This document shows, piece after piece, positions 1 to 16,690 of a DNA stretch of 64,000 bases. The notes below the pieces were generated by a model, which searched no databases, had not been told where the DNA came from, and saw nothing but the letters and a program-made list of their open reading frames with translations. Location of the stretch: the NCBI GenBank assembly GCA_964016885.1, contig OZ024749.1:31992001-32056000 (forward strand). The letters are read 5' to 3'. Origin of the DNA: Eledone cirrhosa. Lineage: Eukaryota. Both the position numbers and the translations under genes were made by a program. Position 1 is the first letter of the stretch. Every line of letters begins with the position of its first letter.

Positions 1-318
1 CTCACTCTTACTTCCAACATATGCAGCAGAATTACACAGATTGTAATTTAGATTATAGCACTGACAGCCTTCCATACTCTAACTTCCAACATATACACTA
101 GAATTACACAGGTTGTAGATATCACTAGCGACCTTCCATAATCTAACTTCCAACATATACACTAGAATTACACAGAATGTAGGTTATAACACTGACAACC
201 TTCCATACTCTAACTTCCAACATATACAACTGAATCATACAGATTGTAGATTATAACACTGCCGATCTTCCATACACTTACTATTGTATACACTAGATTT
301 ACACAGAATGTAGATTTA
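1..318. repeat. Diverged tandem repeat, unit about 63-65 bp, about 5 copies (runs off window start)
   Basis: Recurring cttccatactctaacttccaacatatacactagaattacacag..tgtag. Confidence 0.85.
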
Positions 319-470
319 ATTCTGTTGAACAAAAGAGACTCTGTCGGTTGTTAAATTATTTCAGTTATCAATGCAGCATAACAATTAACTTTAAACTGAT
401 GTACACTGGCTAAATATTTGAAGTGACATTTCACTGACTTGAAATGAATAAAGCAATCAAAGATGGTGTC

Positions 471-510
<40 letters not shown>

Positions 511-546
511 CACATATATGTATATATGTATATATATATACATATA

Positions 547-621
<75 letters not shown>

Positions 622-807
622 ATGTATGTATGTATGTATGTATATATATGTGTGTGTGTGTATATATATATAGAGAGAGAGATGTTGACACCTACAAACA
701 CACATCTATGTATAAACATATACATACACATATACATATATATATATATATGTATGTATACATACACAGACACTTATATATACGTATGTATGTATACATA
801 TATATAT

Positions 808-1216
808 GAGAGATGACCCCTTAGACTTTGTCAAGGCAGAATTCTAGGAGAAGGAAATCTCTGATATAACACCTGCAACCCTGATGGTATCCAATGATGT
901 TGACTTGTTCTTCTTTTTGGTAAATATCATCTTGGTTAAAAGAGTGGGACTGGCTTTGTGCAGTGCCTTTGCTCACTATAAAAGCTTCACAGCACAGGCA
1001 TTGCTTTATATCTGGAGATCTCTCTGCACTTGTCGTCACATGGTACCATGGGCCCAGCACTATGTGTCAATAATTGTCACAAGTGTAGTGTTTGTACCAG
1101 AGTTTTAAAATCGGTGGCTGGACTAAAAAGTCACACTCGTTCAGCGCATTGGTAGGGGTTCTCCTACATGGATATAAAGTAGTGGTCGTACTCGAAAACG
1201 AGTTGGCAGCCACCAT
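808..1216 (-). mobile_element. Dispersed non-coding repeat family A (about 410-470 bp), copy 1
   Basis: Highly similar to 33255-33727 and 53556-53964; same 5' start GGTGGCTGCCAACTCG; microsatellite flanks. Confidence 0.85.
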
Positions 1217-1243
1217 ATATATATATACATAAATATATATGTT

Positions 1244-1303
<60 letters not shown>

Positions 1304-1319
1304 AGTGTGTGTGTGTTTG

Positions 1320-1408
<89 letters not shown>

Positions 1409-1734
1409 CTATATATGTATGTATGTATCTATGTGTATGTACATTGTAGCTGCCGATAACTACCTTTCTATTAAAATATATCAACTCAACTATATGGTTC
1501 AGTGCGTGTTGAGTGTAGTGGTGGTATTGGTGGGGGAAGACAGGGGGCTCCTTGAGTGCAACGTTCCCTCAATACTAAATATACACACCTACACTTTCAC
1601 ACATCTATGATATAGGGAGTTGTTGAAAGTGTCCAGTTAAATGGGATTAGTCTCGTTATCATTATTTGAGCTGGTGTTCAAAATTTAGGAAGAAATCAAT
1701 TGCAAGGTAGATAACTCCTATAGGGGGATGTAAG

Positions 1735-3555
1735 CAGCAGCAACAACAGCAACAACTACAACAGGAACTGCAGCAGCAACAACTCCAACGCCATCAACAG
1801 CAACATCAACATCACCAAAAAAGCAACAACGCGAACAACACCAACAACAGCACCAACAACAACAACTACCAACAACCACAACGCCAACACCACCGCCAAC
1901 ATCAACAACAGCAACAGCATCAAAAACAACACCACCACCATCACCAAGAACAACAATACTAACGCTAACAACATCACCAACAACAACCATACCAACATCA
2001 ACACCACCAGCAACACCAACATCAACACCACCACCACCAATATCACCACCAACAACCACAGGCCAACAACACCAACAATAAAAAAAAAACCACTAACAAC
2101 AACGCTACAACCACCACCACCACCAACATCAACACCACAACAACACCAACACCACCACCAACAACAACAACAATACCAACAACATCACCAAAAACGCCAC
2201 CCCCATTGCCACCAACACCACCACCGCCAAGAACAACAATGCCGCTACCACCACCACCACTACCACCAACAGCAACACCACCAACAACTCCGACAACACC
2301 AACAATAAAAACAACAACGCCACCACCACCAATACCACCACCAATACCACCACCAACAACAACAATGCCGCCACCACCACCACCAACAACAACAATGCCG
2401 CCACCACCACCACCGACAACAACAATGCTGCCACCACCACCACCAACAACAACAATGCTGCCACCACCACCACCGACAACAACAATGCCGCCACCACCAC
2501 CACCGACAACAACAATGCCGCCACCACCACCACCAACAACAACAATGCCGCCACCACCACCACCGACAACAACAATGCCGCCACCACCACCACCAACAAC
2601 AACAATGCCGCCACCACCACCACCAACAACAACAATGCCGCCACCACCACCACCAACAACAACAATGCCAACACCACCACCACCAACAACAACAATGCCA
2701 ACACCACCACCACCACCAACAACAACAATGCTGCCACCACCACCACCAACAACAACAATGCCGCCACCACCACCACCGACAACAACAATGCCGCCACCAC
2801 CACCACCAACAACAACAATGCCGCCACCACCACCACCGACAACAACAATGCCGCCACCACCACCACCAACAACAACAATGCCGCCACCACCACCACCAAC
2901 AACAACAATGCCGCCACCACCACCACCAACAACAACAATGCCAACACCACCACCACCAACAACAACAATGCCAACACCACCACCACCACCAACAACAACA
3001 ATGCTGCCACCACCACCACCAACAACAACAATGCCGCCACCACCACCACCGACAACAACAATGCTGCCACCACCACCACCGACAACAACAATGCTGCCAC
3101 CACCACCACCAACAACAACAATGCCGCCACCACCACCACCAACAACAACAATGCCGCCACCACCACCACCAACAACAACAATGCCGCCACCACCACCACC
3201 GACAACAACAATGCCGCCACCACCACCAACAACAACAACAATGCCGCCACCACCACCACCAACAACAACAATGCCGCCACCACCACCACCAACAACAACA
3301 ATGCCGCCACCACCACCACCAACAACAACAATGCCGCCACCACCACCACCAACAACAACAATGCCGCCACCACCACCACCAACAACAACAATGCCGCCAC
3401 CACCACCACCAACAACAACAATGCCGCCACCACCACCACCAACAACAACAATGCCGCCACCACCACCACCAACAACAACAATGCTGCCACCACCACCACC
3501 AACAACAACAATGCCGCCACCACCACCACCGACAACAACAATAACAACAACAGCA
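1735..3555. repeat. (ACC/AAC) low-complexity tract with a homogeneous 30-bp minisatellite (about 2350-3540)
   Basis: Unit ccaccaccaccaccaacaacaacaatgccg repeated about 40 times. Confidence 0.95.
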
Positions 3556-4221
3556 AAGATACAAGAAGGCGTTCAAAAGCAATTTAAACGGAATCTTGGC
3601 GCCTGCTTCATTTTAAGTTTGAATAATTCTCGCTTTTAACGTTGTGTGCTTACTGCTGCTGCCACTACTGCTGCTGCTGCTGCTGCTGCCACTATTGCTG
3701 CTGCTGCTGCTGCCACTACTACTGCTGCTACTGCTACTACTACTGCTGCTGGAGGTGGGGATGAAAACTAAACATTATACAAAAAATAGAATGAAATATA
3801 CACAATCAGGAATCATAGTTTATCATCATCATCATCATCATCATCATCATTAACCTCCTCCTCCTCCTCCTCTTCATTCTCATTATCATCATCATCATCA
3901 TCTTTATCATCATCATCATCATTAACCCCCCCCCCTCCTCCTCTTCATTATCATCATCATCATCATCAACAACCTCCTCATTATCATCAACCTCATCAAC
4001 CTCATCATTACCATCTTTATTGTCATCATCCTGCTCATCAATGTCATGTAACGCCCGGTGACAGTCCATAATGCTTCAAATGACACCTTTGTCTGGCTCG
4101 CTGGTCTCGACCTGCCTCTGTAATTATTGTGCATATGTCATACGATAAGAAGAAGTGTTTGTATTTCAGCCATTTTTTAAAGCCCTTTATTTTGAGCTAT
4201 TTTAGTCATTATTTTCCTGCT

Positions 4222-4403
4222 GTGGATTGGCAGTATCGGTAGAGGGTCAGACACCATGCTTTCCAGCATAGTTACGTCCCTCTACGGTCTGAGTTTAAAT
4301 CACGCCAAGGTTAATTTTACCTTTCATCCTTACGGGGGTCGATAAAATAAAGTACCAGTAATGCACTGGGGTAATTGCTGATCTTGTGCCATCAGTAGAA
4401 ACA
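4222..4403 (+). mobile_element. tRNA-derived SINE family 1 (Meta-like central domain) with target-site duplication
   Basis: A/B-box-like head, ctttcatccttacggggtcgataaaataaagtaccag core; attattttcctgctgt duplicated on both sides. Confidence 0.9.
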
Positions 4404-4428
4404 ATTATTTTCCTGCTGTTGTGATTAG

Positions 4429-4665
4429 AATGTCTCAGGAAAGAATCGCTGGATAGATTTTACGTGCAAAACCAACTGGCAAGAGACCTAGGGGTAGTTC
4501 CCGGGAAAGATTTTTGGATAATATCCACGAGCTTGGCTGGTCACGCTTGGGGATCCAGCCGAATCAGTTAGAGACGGTTGCTTCTGACAGGACCCGCTGG
4601 AAGGAGTGTTTCAGGACTCTGCCTTCACGACCCTCTCAAGAATAAGTGGGCGAATAAGAAGAAAA
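4429..4665 (+). mobile_element. RTE-type LINE 3' end fragment
   Basis: Translates as KPTGKRPRGSSRERFLDNIHELGWSRLGIQPNQLETVASDRTRWKEC; related copy at 40290-40507. Confidence 0.75.
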
Positions 4666-4854
4666 GTGATAATACTTGTGTAGTTATGTTCCATTAAAAA
4701 GTAGGAGGAGAGGGCTCAGTTGCGTTTGCGGCCCCTTGATTTAGAAGGATCATTGTTTTACAGAGCAGTTTCTGTAATAGTGTGAGCTGGATGAACAATG
4801 GTTGCACATGTTATTGTAAACCAATTCTTCACTTCTAAACCCTATATAATCTCC

Positions 4855-6055
<1,201 letters not shown>

Positions 6056-6263
6056 ATTGGGGCTGTTCATTCGTTAGCTCAATTGTGTATGCTGTCATGA
6101 AATGCTTGACTCTTCATTTTAGATTTATTGATAAGGAATTTTACAGATTGCAATTTGTAGTCTTTTTTCCTCATTGTCAGAGACTGTTTGTCTGTATCTT
6201 TATGCATATATAAATATATAACATACAGTATATTATTAAATATGCTATCCGTATATATATATA

Positions 6264-6298
<35 letters not shown>

Positions 6299-6465
6299 AT
6301 GTTCGTATGTATGTATACATTTATATAGACATATATTTATATTGATGTATATGTATATATGTATATATATATATCTATATATATATATATATATAGATAT
6401 CTATGTTCGTATGTATGTATACATTTATATAGACATATATTTATATTGATGTATATGTATATGTA

Positions 6466-6616
<151 letters not shown>

Positions 6617-6632
6617 TATATATATGTGTGTG

Positions 6633-6686
<54 letters not shown>

Positions 6687-6718
6687 TATATGTGTGTGTG
6701 TGTGTGTATATATATATA

Positions 6719-6763
<45 letters not shown>

Positions 6764-7422
6764 TATATATGTGTGTGTATGTCTCTGTGTTTGTGTGTGT
6801 TTATATATTCTTTCATAAACATATAATTAAAATGTAGGTGTACTTAGGTGTATATTATCTAAACTTTATGCCTAACGGCTAAAGCCAATAAAGAGGCTTT
6901 GTATTTGTGTGTTTCTATGTGTATGTGTGTATGCGTATATGTATGCATTTGTGCATGTGTGTGTGTGTGTGTGTGTGTCTTTGTGTGTGTGTGTGTGTGC
7001 ATTTGTGTATGTGTGACTCCCTTTGTATGTTTGCATGTGTGTATGTGTGTGTATGCATTTGTGTATGTGTGTCTGCCTTTGCACGTGTGTATGTGTGTGT
7101 ATGCATTTGTGTATGTGTGTCTGCCTTTGTATGTTTGTATGTGTGTATGTGTGTGTATGCATTTGTGTATGTGTGTCTGCCTTTGTATGTTTGTATGTGT
7201 GTATGCGTGTGTATGCATTTGTGTATGTGTGTCTGCCTTTGTATGTTTGTATGTGTGTATGGAACGATCTGGTTGGCAAAATAATGTGTAAGTGGCTGAG
7301 CATTCGCCAGACACGTTCACACTTCACTTAATGATAATGATGATAATGATAATAAAGATAATGATGGTGAAGACGAGTAGACGATGATGATGATAGAGGT
7401 GACAATGATGATGATAAAGATA

Positions 7423-7592
7423 ATAATTGTTTCTTGTTTTGGCACAAGGCCAGCAATTATCCCAGTGCATTACTGGTACTTTATTTTATCGACTCCGAAA
7501 GGACGAAAGCCAAAGTTAACCTCGGCGGGAATTGAACTCAGAACGTAAAGGGCCATAACTCCATGCTACAAAGCATGGTGTCTGACCCTAAT
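7423..7592 (-). mobile_element. SINE family 1
   Basis: ctggtactttattttatcgactccgaaaggacgaaagccaaagttaacctcggcggga. Confidence 0.85.
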
Positions 7593-9025
7593 AATGACAA
7601 CGATAGAGATGACGATGATGATGATGATGTCGACGAAAATAACGATGACAACGATGATGACAACGATGATGACAACGATGACAACGACGATGACAACGAC
7701 GATGACAACGACGATGACAACGACGATCATAACGATGATCATAACGATGATGTCGACGATGACAACGACGAAAATAACAACGATGACAACGACGATGACA
7801 ACGACGATGACAACGACGATCATAACGATGATCATAACGATGATGTCGACGATGACAACGACGAAAATAACAACGATGACAACGACGATGACAACGATGA
7901 TGACAACAACGATGACAACTATGATGACATCGACGAAAATAACAACGATGACAACGACGATGACAACTATGATGACAACGACGATGACAACGACGATGAC
8001 AACGACGAAAATAACAACGATGACAACGACGATGACAACTATGATGACAACGACGATGACAACGACGATGACAACGACGAAAATAACAACGATGACAACG
8101 ACGATGACAACGACGATGACAACGACGAAAATAACAACGACGATGACAACGACGATGACAACGACGATGACAACGACGATGACAACGACGATGACAACGA
8201 CGATGACAACGACGAAAATAACAACGATGACAACGACGATGACAACGACGATGACAACGACGAAAATAACAACGATGACAACGACGATGACAACGACGAT
8301 GACAACGACGAAAATAACAACGACGATGACAACGACGATGACAACGACGATGACAACGACGATGACAACGACGATGACAACGACGATGACAACGACGATG
8401 ACAACGACGAAAATAACAACGATGACAACGACGATGACAACGACGATGACAACGACGAAAATAACAACGATGACAACGACGATGACAACGACGATGACAA
8501 CGACGAAAATAACAACGACGATGACAACGACGATGACAACGACGATGACAACGACGATGACAACGACGATGACAACGACGATGACAACGACGAAAATAAC
8601 AACGATGACAACGACGATGACAACGACGATGACAACGACGAAAATAACAACGATGACAACGACGATGACAACGACGATGACAACGACGAAAATAACAACG
8701 ACGATGACAACGACGATGACAACGACGATGACAACGACGATGACAACGACGATGACAACGACGATGACAACGACGATGACAACGACGAAAATAACAACGA
8801 TGACAACGACGATGACAACGACGATGACAACGACGAAAATAACAACGACGATGACAACGACGATGACAACGACGATGACAACGACGATGACAACGACGAT
8901 GACAACGACGAAAATAACAACGATGACAACGACGATGACAACGACGATGACAACGACGAAAATAACAACGACGATGACAACGACGATGACAACGACGATG
9001 ACAACGACGATGACAACGATGACAA
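7593..9025. repeat. 12-bp-based minisatellite (gacgatgacaac) with periodic gaaaataac variant
   Basis: Direct reading; ORFs on both strands are repeat translations. Confidence 0.95.
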
Positions 9026-9380
9026 AACTTACCAAACAGGTTCCTTTGTTATTTATTTCCTTTTTAACAACTTCCTAAAAGAACAATAACTAAAACAAAA
9101 TCGATGAATTTGTTTTGTTGCAGTTTTTCTCTTTTTCTAGAAATATTTATAAAACATCGGCAATTTCCCAACAGAGATCCTATTATTGATTTCAGTTTGT
9201 TTAGCTTGTTGTTGTTGTTGGTGATGTTGTTTTTGTTGTTGTTGTTGTTGTTGTTGTTTTTATATCTACGTGTATATGTGTGTGGTTGTGTGTGTGTGAG
9301 AGTGTTTGTGAGTGATTTTGTCTCTGTGTGTATTAATGTATTTGCGTATGTGTGTCTTCTGAGTGTGTATGTCTGTGTAC

Positions 9381-9413
<33 letters not shown>

Positions 9414-9685
9414 CGTGTGTGTGTGTGTGTTGTCTGTACTTCTATGTATCTGCATGAGTGTGTGTCAGTGTGTGTGAGTGTGTATGTAAACATAACCCTG
9501 TAATATGTCTATATATGTCTATACGTTGCCTACGTGTCGGAGTTTTGTATGTATGTATGCATATATATTTGTATGTATGTTTATATGTATATTTGTATGT
9601 ATGTATGTATATTTGTATGTATGTATGTATGTATGGATGTATGTTTTCATATTTGTATGTTTGTATATATATATATATGCATGTA

Positions 9686-9738
<53 letters not shown>

Positions 9739-9762
9739 GCATGTATGTATGTTTGTATGTAT

Positions 9763-9799
<37 letters not shown>

Positions 9800-9865
9800 T
9801 GTATGTATGTATGTATGTATGTATATATGTATGTATGTATGTATATTTGTATATATGTATGTTTG

Positions 9866-9916
<51 letters not shown>

Positions 9917-10264
9917 ATATATACATACATATATATGCATGTATGTATGTTTGAATGTATATATGTATGTATGTATGTATGTATATATGTATGTAAAAAT
10001 ATGTATATATGTATGTACGTATGTATGTATGTATATATGTATGTTTGTATGTTTGTAGGTTTCTAAGTATATATATACACATATATATATATATATACAT
10101 ATATAGATATGAATGTTCTTCAACAAATCTGACTTAAGCTCCTTTAACTACCTAGAACCTCACTTAACAGTTCATTTATTTCCTTTAACGAGAAACAGAA
10201 ATAGAAGAGACATTAAAACACGAAATAATACTAACAATACTTCTAGTATTACCAATATTCCTAT

Positions 10265-10267
10265 TAC

Positions 10268-10337
<70 letters not shown>

Positions 10338-10392
10338 GGTGGTGGTGGTGGTGGTGGTAGTAGTAGTGGTTGTGGTTGTGGTAATAGTGGTG

Positions 10393-10471
<79 letters not shown>

Positions 10472-10585
10472 CGGTGGTGGTGCTGGTGGCAGAAGTAGTA
10501 GTGGTGATGGTAGTGGCAGTAGTAGTAGTAGTGGCCATAACTGTAGCAGTAGTAGTAGTAGTAGTAATAGTAGTAGTAATAGTAA

Positions 10586-10645
<60 letters not shown>

Positions 10646-10698
10646 CCACAGCTGTAGTAGTAGTAGTTCGTAGAGGTGGCGGTGGCGGTGGTGGTGGC

Positions 10699-10779
<81 letters not shown>

Positions 10780-10825
10780 GATGGTGGTGGCGGTAATAGT
10801 AGTAGTAGTAGTAGTAATAGTAGTG

Positions 10826-10861
<36 letters not shown>

Positions 10862-10900
10862 TCATTGTCATTATTATTATTGTTGTTGTTGTCATTGTTA
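10265..10900. repeat. (AGT)n/(GGT)n compound trinucleotide microsatellite
   Basis: Direct reading. Confidence 0.95.
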
Positions 10901-11212
10901 TTATTAACAATATTAAAAGCAAAACAAATGTGTGTATGTATGTATATAAATGTGTGTGTGTGTATATATATGTGTGTGTGTGTGAATGCATGTCCCTTTG
11001 TCTGAGTGCGTCTCTCATTCTGTGTGTGTGTATGGGTGTGTATGTATGTATATAAATGTGTGTGTGTGTATATATGTGTGTGTGCGTATATATATGTGTG
11101 TGTGTATATATATGTGTGTGTGTGTGTGTGTGCATGTCCCTTTGTCTGAGTGCGTCTCTCATTCTGTGTGTGTGTATGTATGTATATAAATGTGTGTGTA
11201 TATATGTGTGTG

Positions 11213-11254
<42 letters not shown>

Positions 11255-11388
11255 TATGCATGTCCCTTTGTCTGAGTACGTCTCTCTTTCTCTCGCCCTC
11301 TGTATGTGTGTATATATGTGTATATATATATATGCGTGTATATATATGTGTGTGTCTGTGTGTATATATATATGTGTGTGTGTCGGTG

Positions 11389-11430
<42 letters not shown>

Positions 11431-11465
11431 GGTGTATATATATATGTGTGTGTGTGTGTGTGTGA

Positions 11466-11507
<42 letters not shown>

Positions 11508-12181
11508 ATGTCTATGTGTGTGTGTATGTGTGTTAGTGTATTCCAATTAAAGAAATAAATAGCTTAAAAATGTAAACAAGATGGTTGCTATTGGTTTTCC
11601 ATGTTTTTCTATTTGTCGATATCAGAAAGAATCACGATTTTGCCTTAAACTTAAGAGTTTCATGTTGTTTTTAGAGGTTATATATTTTTAGCACTAAAAA
11701 TTATTTGTTTTCTATATTACATTTTACCTCTTTTAGTGTGTGTTTGTTTTGTCTTCCTTTCTATTTGGTTTTTGTTTCGTTTCAGTCGAACTATGGCCAG
11801 TGACGATGTGAAAACAGGGCCAGTGTTTTGATGATTCTGGACAGAGGTAAATGTCATTTCATTTCATTTCTCTTGTTTTTTATCCAACGGAAGAGAGAGA
11901 GAGTGAGAAGGAGAGGGGGTGAGTAGACATAGATAGAGGGAGAGGGGACAGAGTGAGAGTGAGATAAACAAGGAGAGAGGGGAAGTCCTGCTTCCGCTAA
12001 GAAAAGTGGTGATTGTGTCCTCAAACTGGGGACCTGGTCCAAATGCTTGCAACACAGTGGACTCTGTTAAAAGCTTTTATAAACTCATTGAAATGTAGAG
12101 TAGGGTGGGTCATGTCCAAGAAGACGCGTTTCATCATATGGACGAGAAAGCTAGCTGACAGTTTAGAGGGATAGTTTAGAG

Positions 12182-12472
12182 CAGTCATGGGCAACCTGCG
12201 GCCCTCTAAGCTTCATGAATGGCTCGCCTAAGTCCCCTAAATGAAATCTTTCTGATTTTTTTACCTCAACTTTTCAGTCGTAATTTATCTTTCTATCATT
12301 TTTACGATCGAGGAAAACAACGTGTACGAATTCTGAAGAAACAAATCAAAACAACTTGAGTTGCCGCCGTTTTCTTTAATGTGGGCACGAATGTAAATTA
12401 GCGCTTGCGGTCCGCCTAATGACGAGCTATTTCTCATGTGGCCCACTTCTCGAGAAAGGTTGCCCATGCCTG
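12182..12472. mobile_element. hAT-superfamily MITE
   Basis: TIRs CAGTCATGGGCAACCT / AGGTTGCCCATGCCTG; perfect 8-bp TSD GTTTAGAG. Confidence 0.9.
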
Positions 12473-12880
12473 GTTTAGAGGAAGGAATTGATTTGACTAT
12501 AATTGGAGATCAGGTCTCCAAATCCCAATATATGGAGAAATAGGACGAAGACATCCCTCCCATCAGTTGGAAAGTAAGGATTTATTCGATTGATCAGTTT
12601 ACGAGTTCGTTGATTCTGTAATTGTTAAGGCATTCGACGTCTACATATGAACGGTCGCCTGGGTTATAACGTTTCATTGTGTGGCCCATTCTGCAAAAGA
12701 AAATATTAAAACTATCTATAAATCCTTCATGGCTGAATCTGTTGTCACATTTGTAAGAAATTGTGTCAGATATCTAGAGTAACCCCTTTAAGCAGAAACT
12801 CGTCTTTTACCAACTGTCACATTATGGGATGAGTGGCATTTTGTTTTATGAATAAACCTAAACATTATATGCCTCCCAAT

Positions 12881-13168
12881 CAGGGCCGGACTTAATGGGT
12901 AGCAAAGGGGACAATAATCCCGGCCCCCTGCAGTAGGGGGCCTCACCAGCGATGGCCATAGCAATTTATTCGTGCTCACAGCTGGGCATTTTAGTTTTAA
13001 GGTGGTTAGAATTTAAAACCTGTTTGTATAACTTTCCAATTCCAATTATTTGCGCTAAGCTAACTTTGATATGTAAAATTGGGGAGTTTCATGTGTATTC
13101 TAATTGTTTGTGTATGAAGGGCCCCCAAACCTGAAGTGCCTGAAGTGCCAAGATCTAAAACCGACCCC
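12881..13168. mobile_element. Possible decayed hAT-like MITE
   Basis: Starts CAGGGCCGG with subterminal GGCCCC motifs; degenerate right end and imperfect 8-bp flanks ctcccaat/ctaccatt. Confidence 0.45.
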
Positions 13169-13559
13169 ACTACCATTTAATGCATTTTGATGAGGAGAGA
13201 GAAGGAACGAAATATATTTTTCATGATTGTGGCTGAAAGCAATCGAAAGATCGATGGTTAATCGATACTGTTATTGGTAACAATAATACAGCAATTAAAC
13301 TAGAGAATGTAGTGTTATATATTTTCCGTAAACGATGCGATGGTCACGGCTGGAGCTGGAAAACATTCAGTCATATCATACAGCAGCTCGATCAGGGTTA
13401 ACCTAAAGCTAAACCTCCACCACCATCAATACTACCACCTATACCTCTATCAATACTACCGCCACCACCACTACCAATACTACCACCTCTACCACCCGAT
13501 ACTTCAATTTTTAACCTCTGTAAAACACTCGATAAATAGATGACCTCAATCTAAACAAC

Positions 13560-15165
13560 CACCACCATTGCCACTACCACTACTACCCAACCAGTACAAC
13601 CACCACCACACACTACTACCACCACCACCACGACCACCAATACCACCACCACTCGATACCACAAACTTTAACCTCTATAAACATTCCATAAATAGATGAC
13701 CTGAAACTAAACCACAACCCACCACCAATACTACCACCAACAACAACAACACCAATACTACTACCACTCCCACCACCACCAAGACAACCACTACCACCAC
13801 TTCAACCACCACCACCAATACAACCACCTCCACCACTACGCCCACCACCAATACTATCACCACCTCCCTCACCTCTCAACCACTACCACCAATACCACCA
13901 CCACCACTACGACCACCACCACCACCAATACCACCACCTCCACCACCACCACTACGACCACCACCAATACTACTACCTCCATCAGTACCACTACGACCAC
14001 TACCACCAATACTACCACCACCGCCACCACCACCACTAGGACCACCTCCACCGCCACCACTACGACCACCACCAATACTACTACCGCCATCAGTACCACT
14101 ACGACCACTACCACCAATACTACCACCACCGCCACCACCACCACTAGGACCACCTCCACCGCCACCACTACGACCACCACCAATACTACTACCGCCATCA
14201 GTACCACTACGACCACTACCACCAATACTACCACCACTACCACTACGACCACCTCCACCGCCGCCACTACGACCACCACCAATACTACTACCGCCATCAG
14301 TACCACTACGACCACTACCACCAATACTACCACCACCGCCACCACCACCACTAGGACCACCTCCACCGCCACCACTACAACCACCACCAATACTACTACC
14401 GCCATCAGTACCACTACCACCAATACTACCACCACCGCCACCACCACCACTAGGACCACCTCCACCGCCACCACTACGACCACCACCAATACTACTACCG
14501 CCATCAGTACCACTACGACCACTACCACCAATACTACCACCACCGCCACCACCACCACCACTACGACCACCTCCACCGCCACCACTACGACCACCGCCAA
14601 TACTACTACCTCCATCAGTACCACTACGACCACTACCACCAATACTACCACCACCGCCACCACCACCACCACTACGACCACCTCCACCGCCACCACTACG
14701 ACCACCACCAATACTACTACCGCCATCAGTACCACTACGACCACTACCACCAATACTACCACCACCGCCACCACCACCACCACTACGACCACCTCCACCG
14801 CCACCACTACGACCACCGCCAATACTACTACCTCCATCACTACCACTACGACCGCTACCACCAATACTACCACCACCGCCACCACCACCACTAGGACCAC
14901 CTCCACCGCCACCACTACAACCACCAACAATACTACCACCACCGCCACCACCACCACTAGGACCACCTCCACCGCCACCACTACGACCACCACCAATACC
15001 ACCACCTCCACCACCACCACTACGACCACCACCAATACTACTACCGCCATCAGTACCACTACGACCACTACCACCAATACTACCACCACCACCTCCACCA
15101 CCACCACTAGGACCACCTCCACCGCCACCACTACAACCACCACCAATACTACCACCTCCTACTAC
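13560..15165. repeat. (ACC/ACT)-derived minisatellite with higher-order units
   Basis: Recurring gccatcagtaccactacgaccactaccaccaatactac blocks. Confidence 0.9.
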
Positions 15166-15837
15166 TCAAACCTTTACACCCAATACAATACTTCATAAAT
15201 AGCCATCTTATTAATTAAAGCCGTTGCTTTCAAAGAATATGTTTGTTTTTAATTCCTAGACTTAATATCTGCAGATTTGAAAACCTTATGAATAATTCTG
15301 TTTCCTTGGCTACTTTTTCAAACAATTGTTTTAAATATTTCGTCCTTATCATTATTTTAAAAAAAATAAATATTGAAATTAACAAAATAACTAACGAAAT
15401 GTTAAAATGGTAATTGTATGAATAAAGTGTTCACTAATTCATACTAAGAGAGAACGAGAATGAAGAAAGCAACATTTTCGCATGAATAGAATGGTTTCTG
15501 TGGTTTGTTTGTTGTTGTTAATGTTTGATTTTGTTTGCGTTTTCGATTTTCTTTGTTTTTCTAATCAATAACGTTTGATGGTTGTCAAATATCTCTTTTC
15601 CACTTGCATAACACATTTGATTAATGGTGACTTAATGAGCAGGATGTGATAAGAAAATTTACCACGGAGAGCTAGAGAGAGAGAGAGGGGGGGAGAGTGA
15701 GAGAGAAAGAAAGAAAGAGGGAGAAGAAGACATCCACCGTGCTGTGTCTCTTGCTAGAAATAGTGAAACAATGGTCTGGTCAAATTTACAGCTAATCCAA
15801 AAGGCTTCCTTGATTTCAACATATGTATGTATATGTA

Positions 15838-15959
<122 letters not shown>

Positions 15960-16119
15960 ACTGGAAGGTAATATCCGTAGTGGTAGAGCACTCAGTCCAT
16001 GGGACGAGTCTGGCAGATGTAGTAACACAACAGTTAGTACACCATACCGAGAACAATTGTATCACCTCATGCGGATCTTCTATATATATATGTATGTATG
16101 TATCTATCTATGTATCATG

Positions 16120-16193
<74 letters not shown>

Positions 16194-16197
<4 letters not shown>

Positions 16198-16443
16198 GTA
16201 AAATAAACAATACAATATAATTACCTCATTACCAGAGGTTTCCCGAATAAGACGAATACAAGAAACGTCCGCATTCGTTCGTCAGACAAGGCAATTACCT
16301 TGTATTTGTCTTGTTCGGAAACCTCTGGTAATGAGGTAATTATATTGTATTGTTTATTATACATTAAATTTAGCTCTGTAACTTACAAAGAGCACTCTTC
16401 ACTCTTATGACTTTTTCAATTTTCAACGGAAACTTCAATACTT
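16194..16443 (+). mobile_element. PLE-type fold-back element in (TA)n: inverted arms plus about 78-bp 3' tail
   Basis: Arms about 16195-16262 / 16299-16365; tail motif agctctgtaacttac-agagcactctt shared with about 32802-32830. Confidence 0.8.
16218..16298 (-). ncRNA. Type I hammerhead ribozyme
   Basis: TAATTGCCTTGT-CTGACGA-ACGAAT..ATTCGG-GAAA-CCTCTGG-TA^ATGAGGTAATTA; 12-bp stem I with G.U pairs. Confidence 0.8.
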
Positions 16444-16449
16444 ATATAT

Positions 16450-16527
<78 letters not shown>

Positions 16528-16531
<4 letters not shown>

Positions 16532-16648
16532 TTGAGTTTCGATGCATCACTGATTTTTCGTTTTCCATTCTACAATACTTTGCTCCGTAGGAGCACAGAG
16601 TGCTCAACCGGCATACCGCCCATGGAAGCATCTTAGCTACCATTAGAC

Positions 16649-16652
<4 letters not shown>
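16528..16652 (+). mobile_element. 3' end/tail fragment of the family at 62631-62964, between (TA)n tracts
   Basis: gatgcatcactgatttttcgttttc..tgctccgtaggagca matches about 62905-62960. Confidence 0.75.

Positions 16653-16687
<35 letters not shown>

Positions 16688-16690
<3 letters not shown>

Noticed and set aside
2206-3639. 477-aa Pro/Thr mucin- or extensin-like ORF
   Set aside because: Pure 30-bp minisatellite open on both strands; no signal peptide, unique domain or splice context.
7563-9089. 508-aa Asp/Asn-rich ORF resembling a biomineralisation protein
   Set aside because: Begins inside an antisense SINE and consists of a 12-bp repeat open in four frames.
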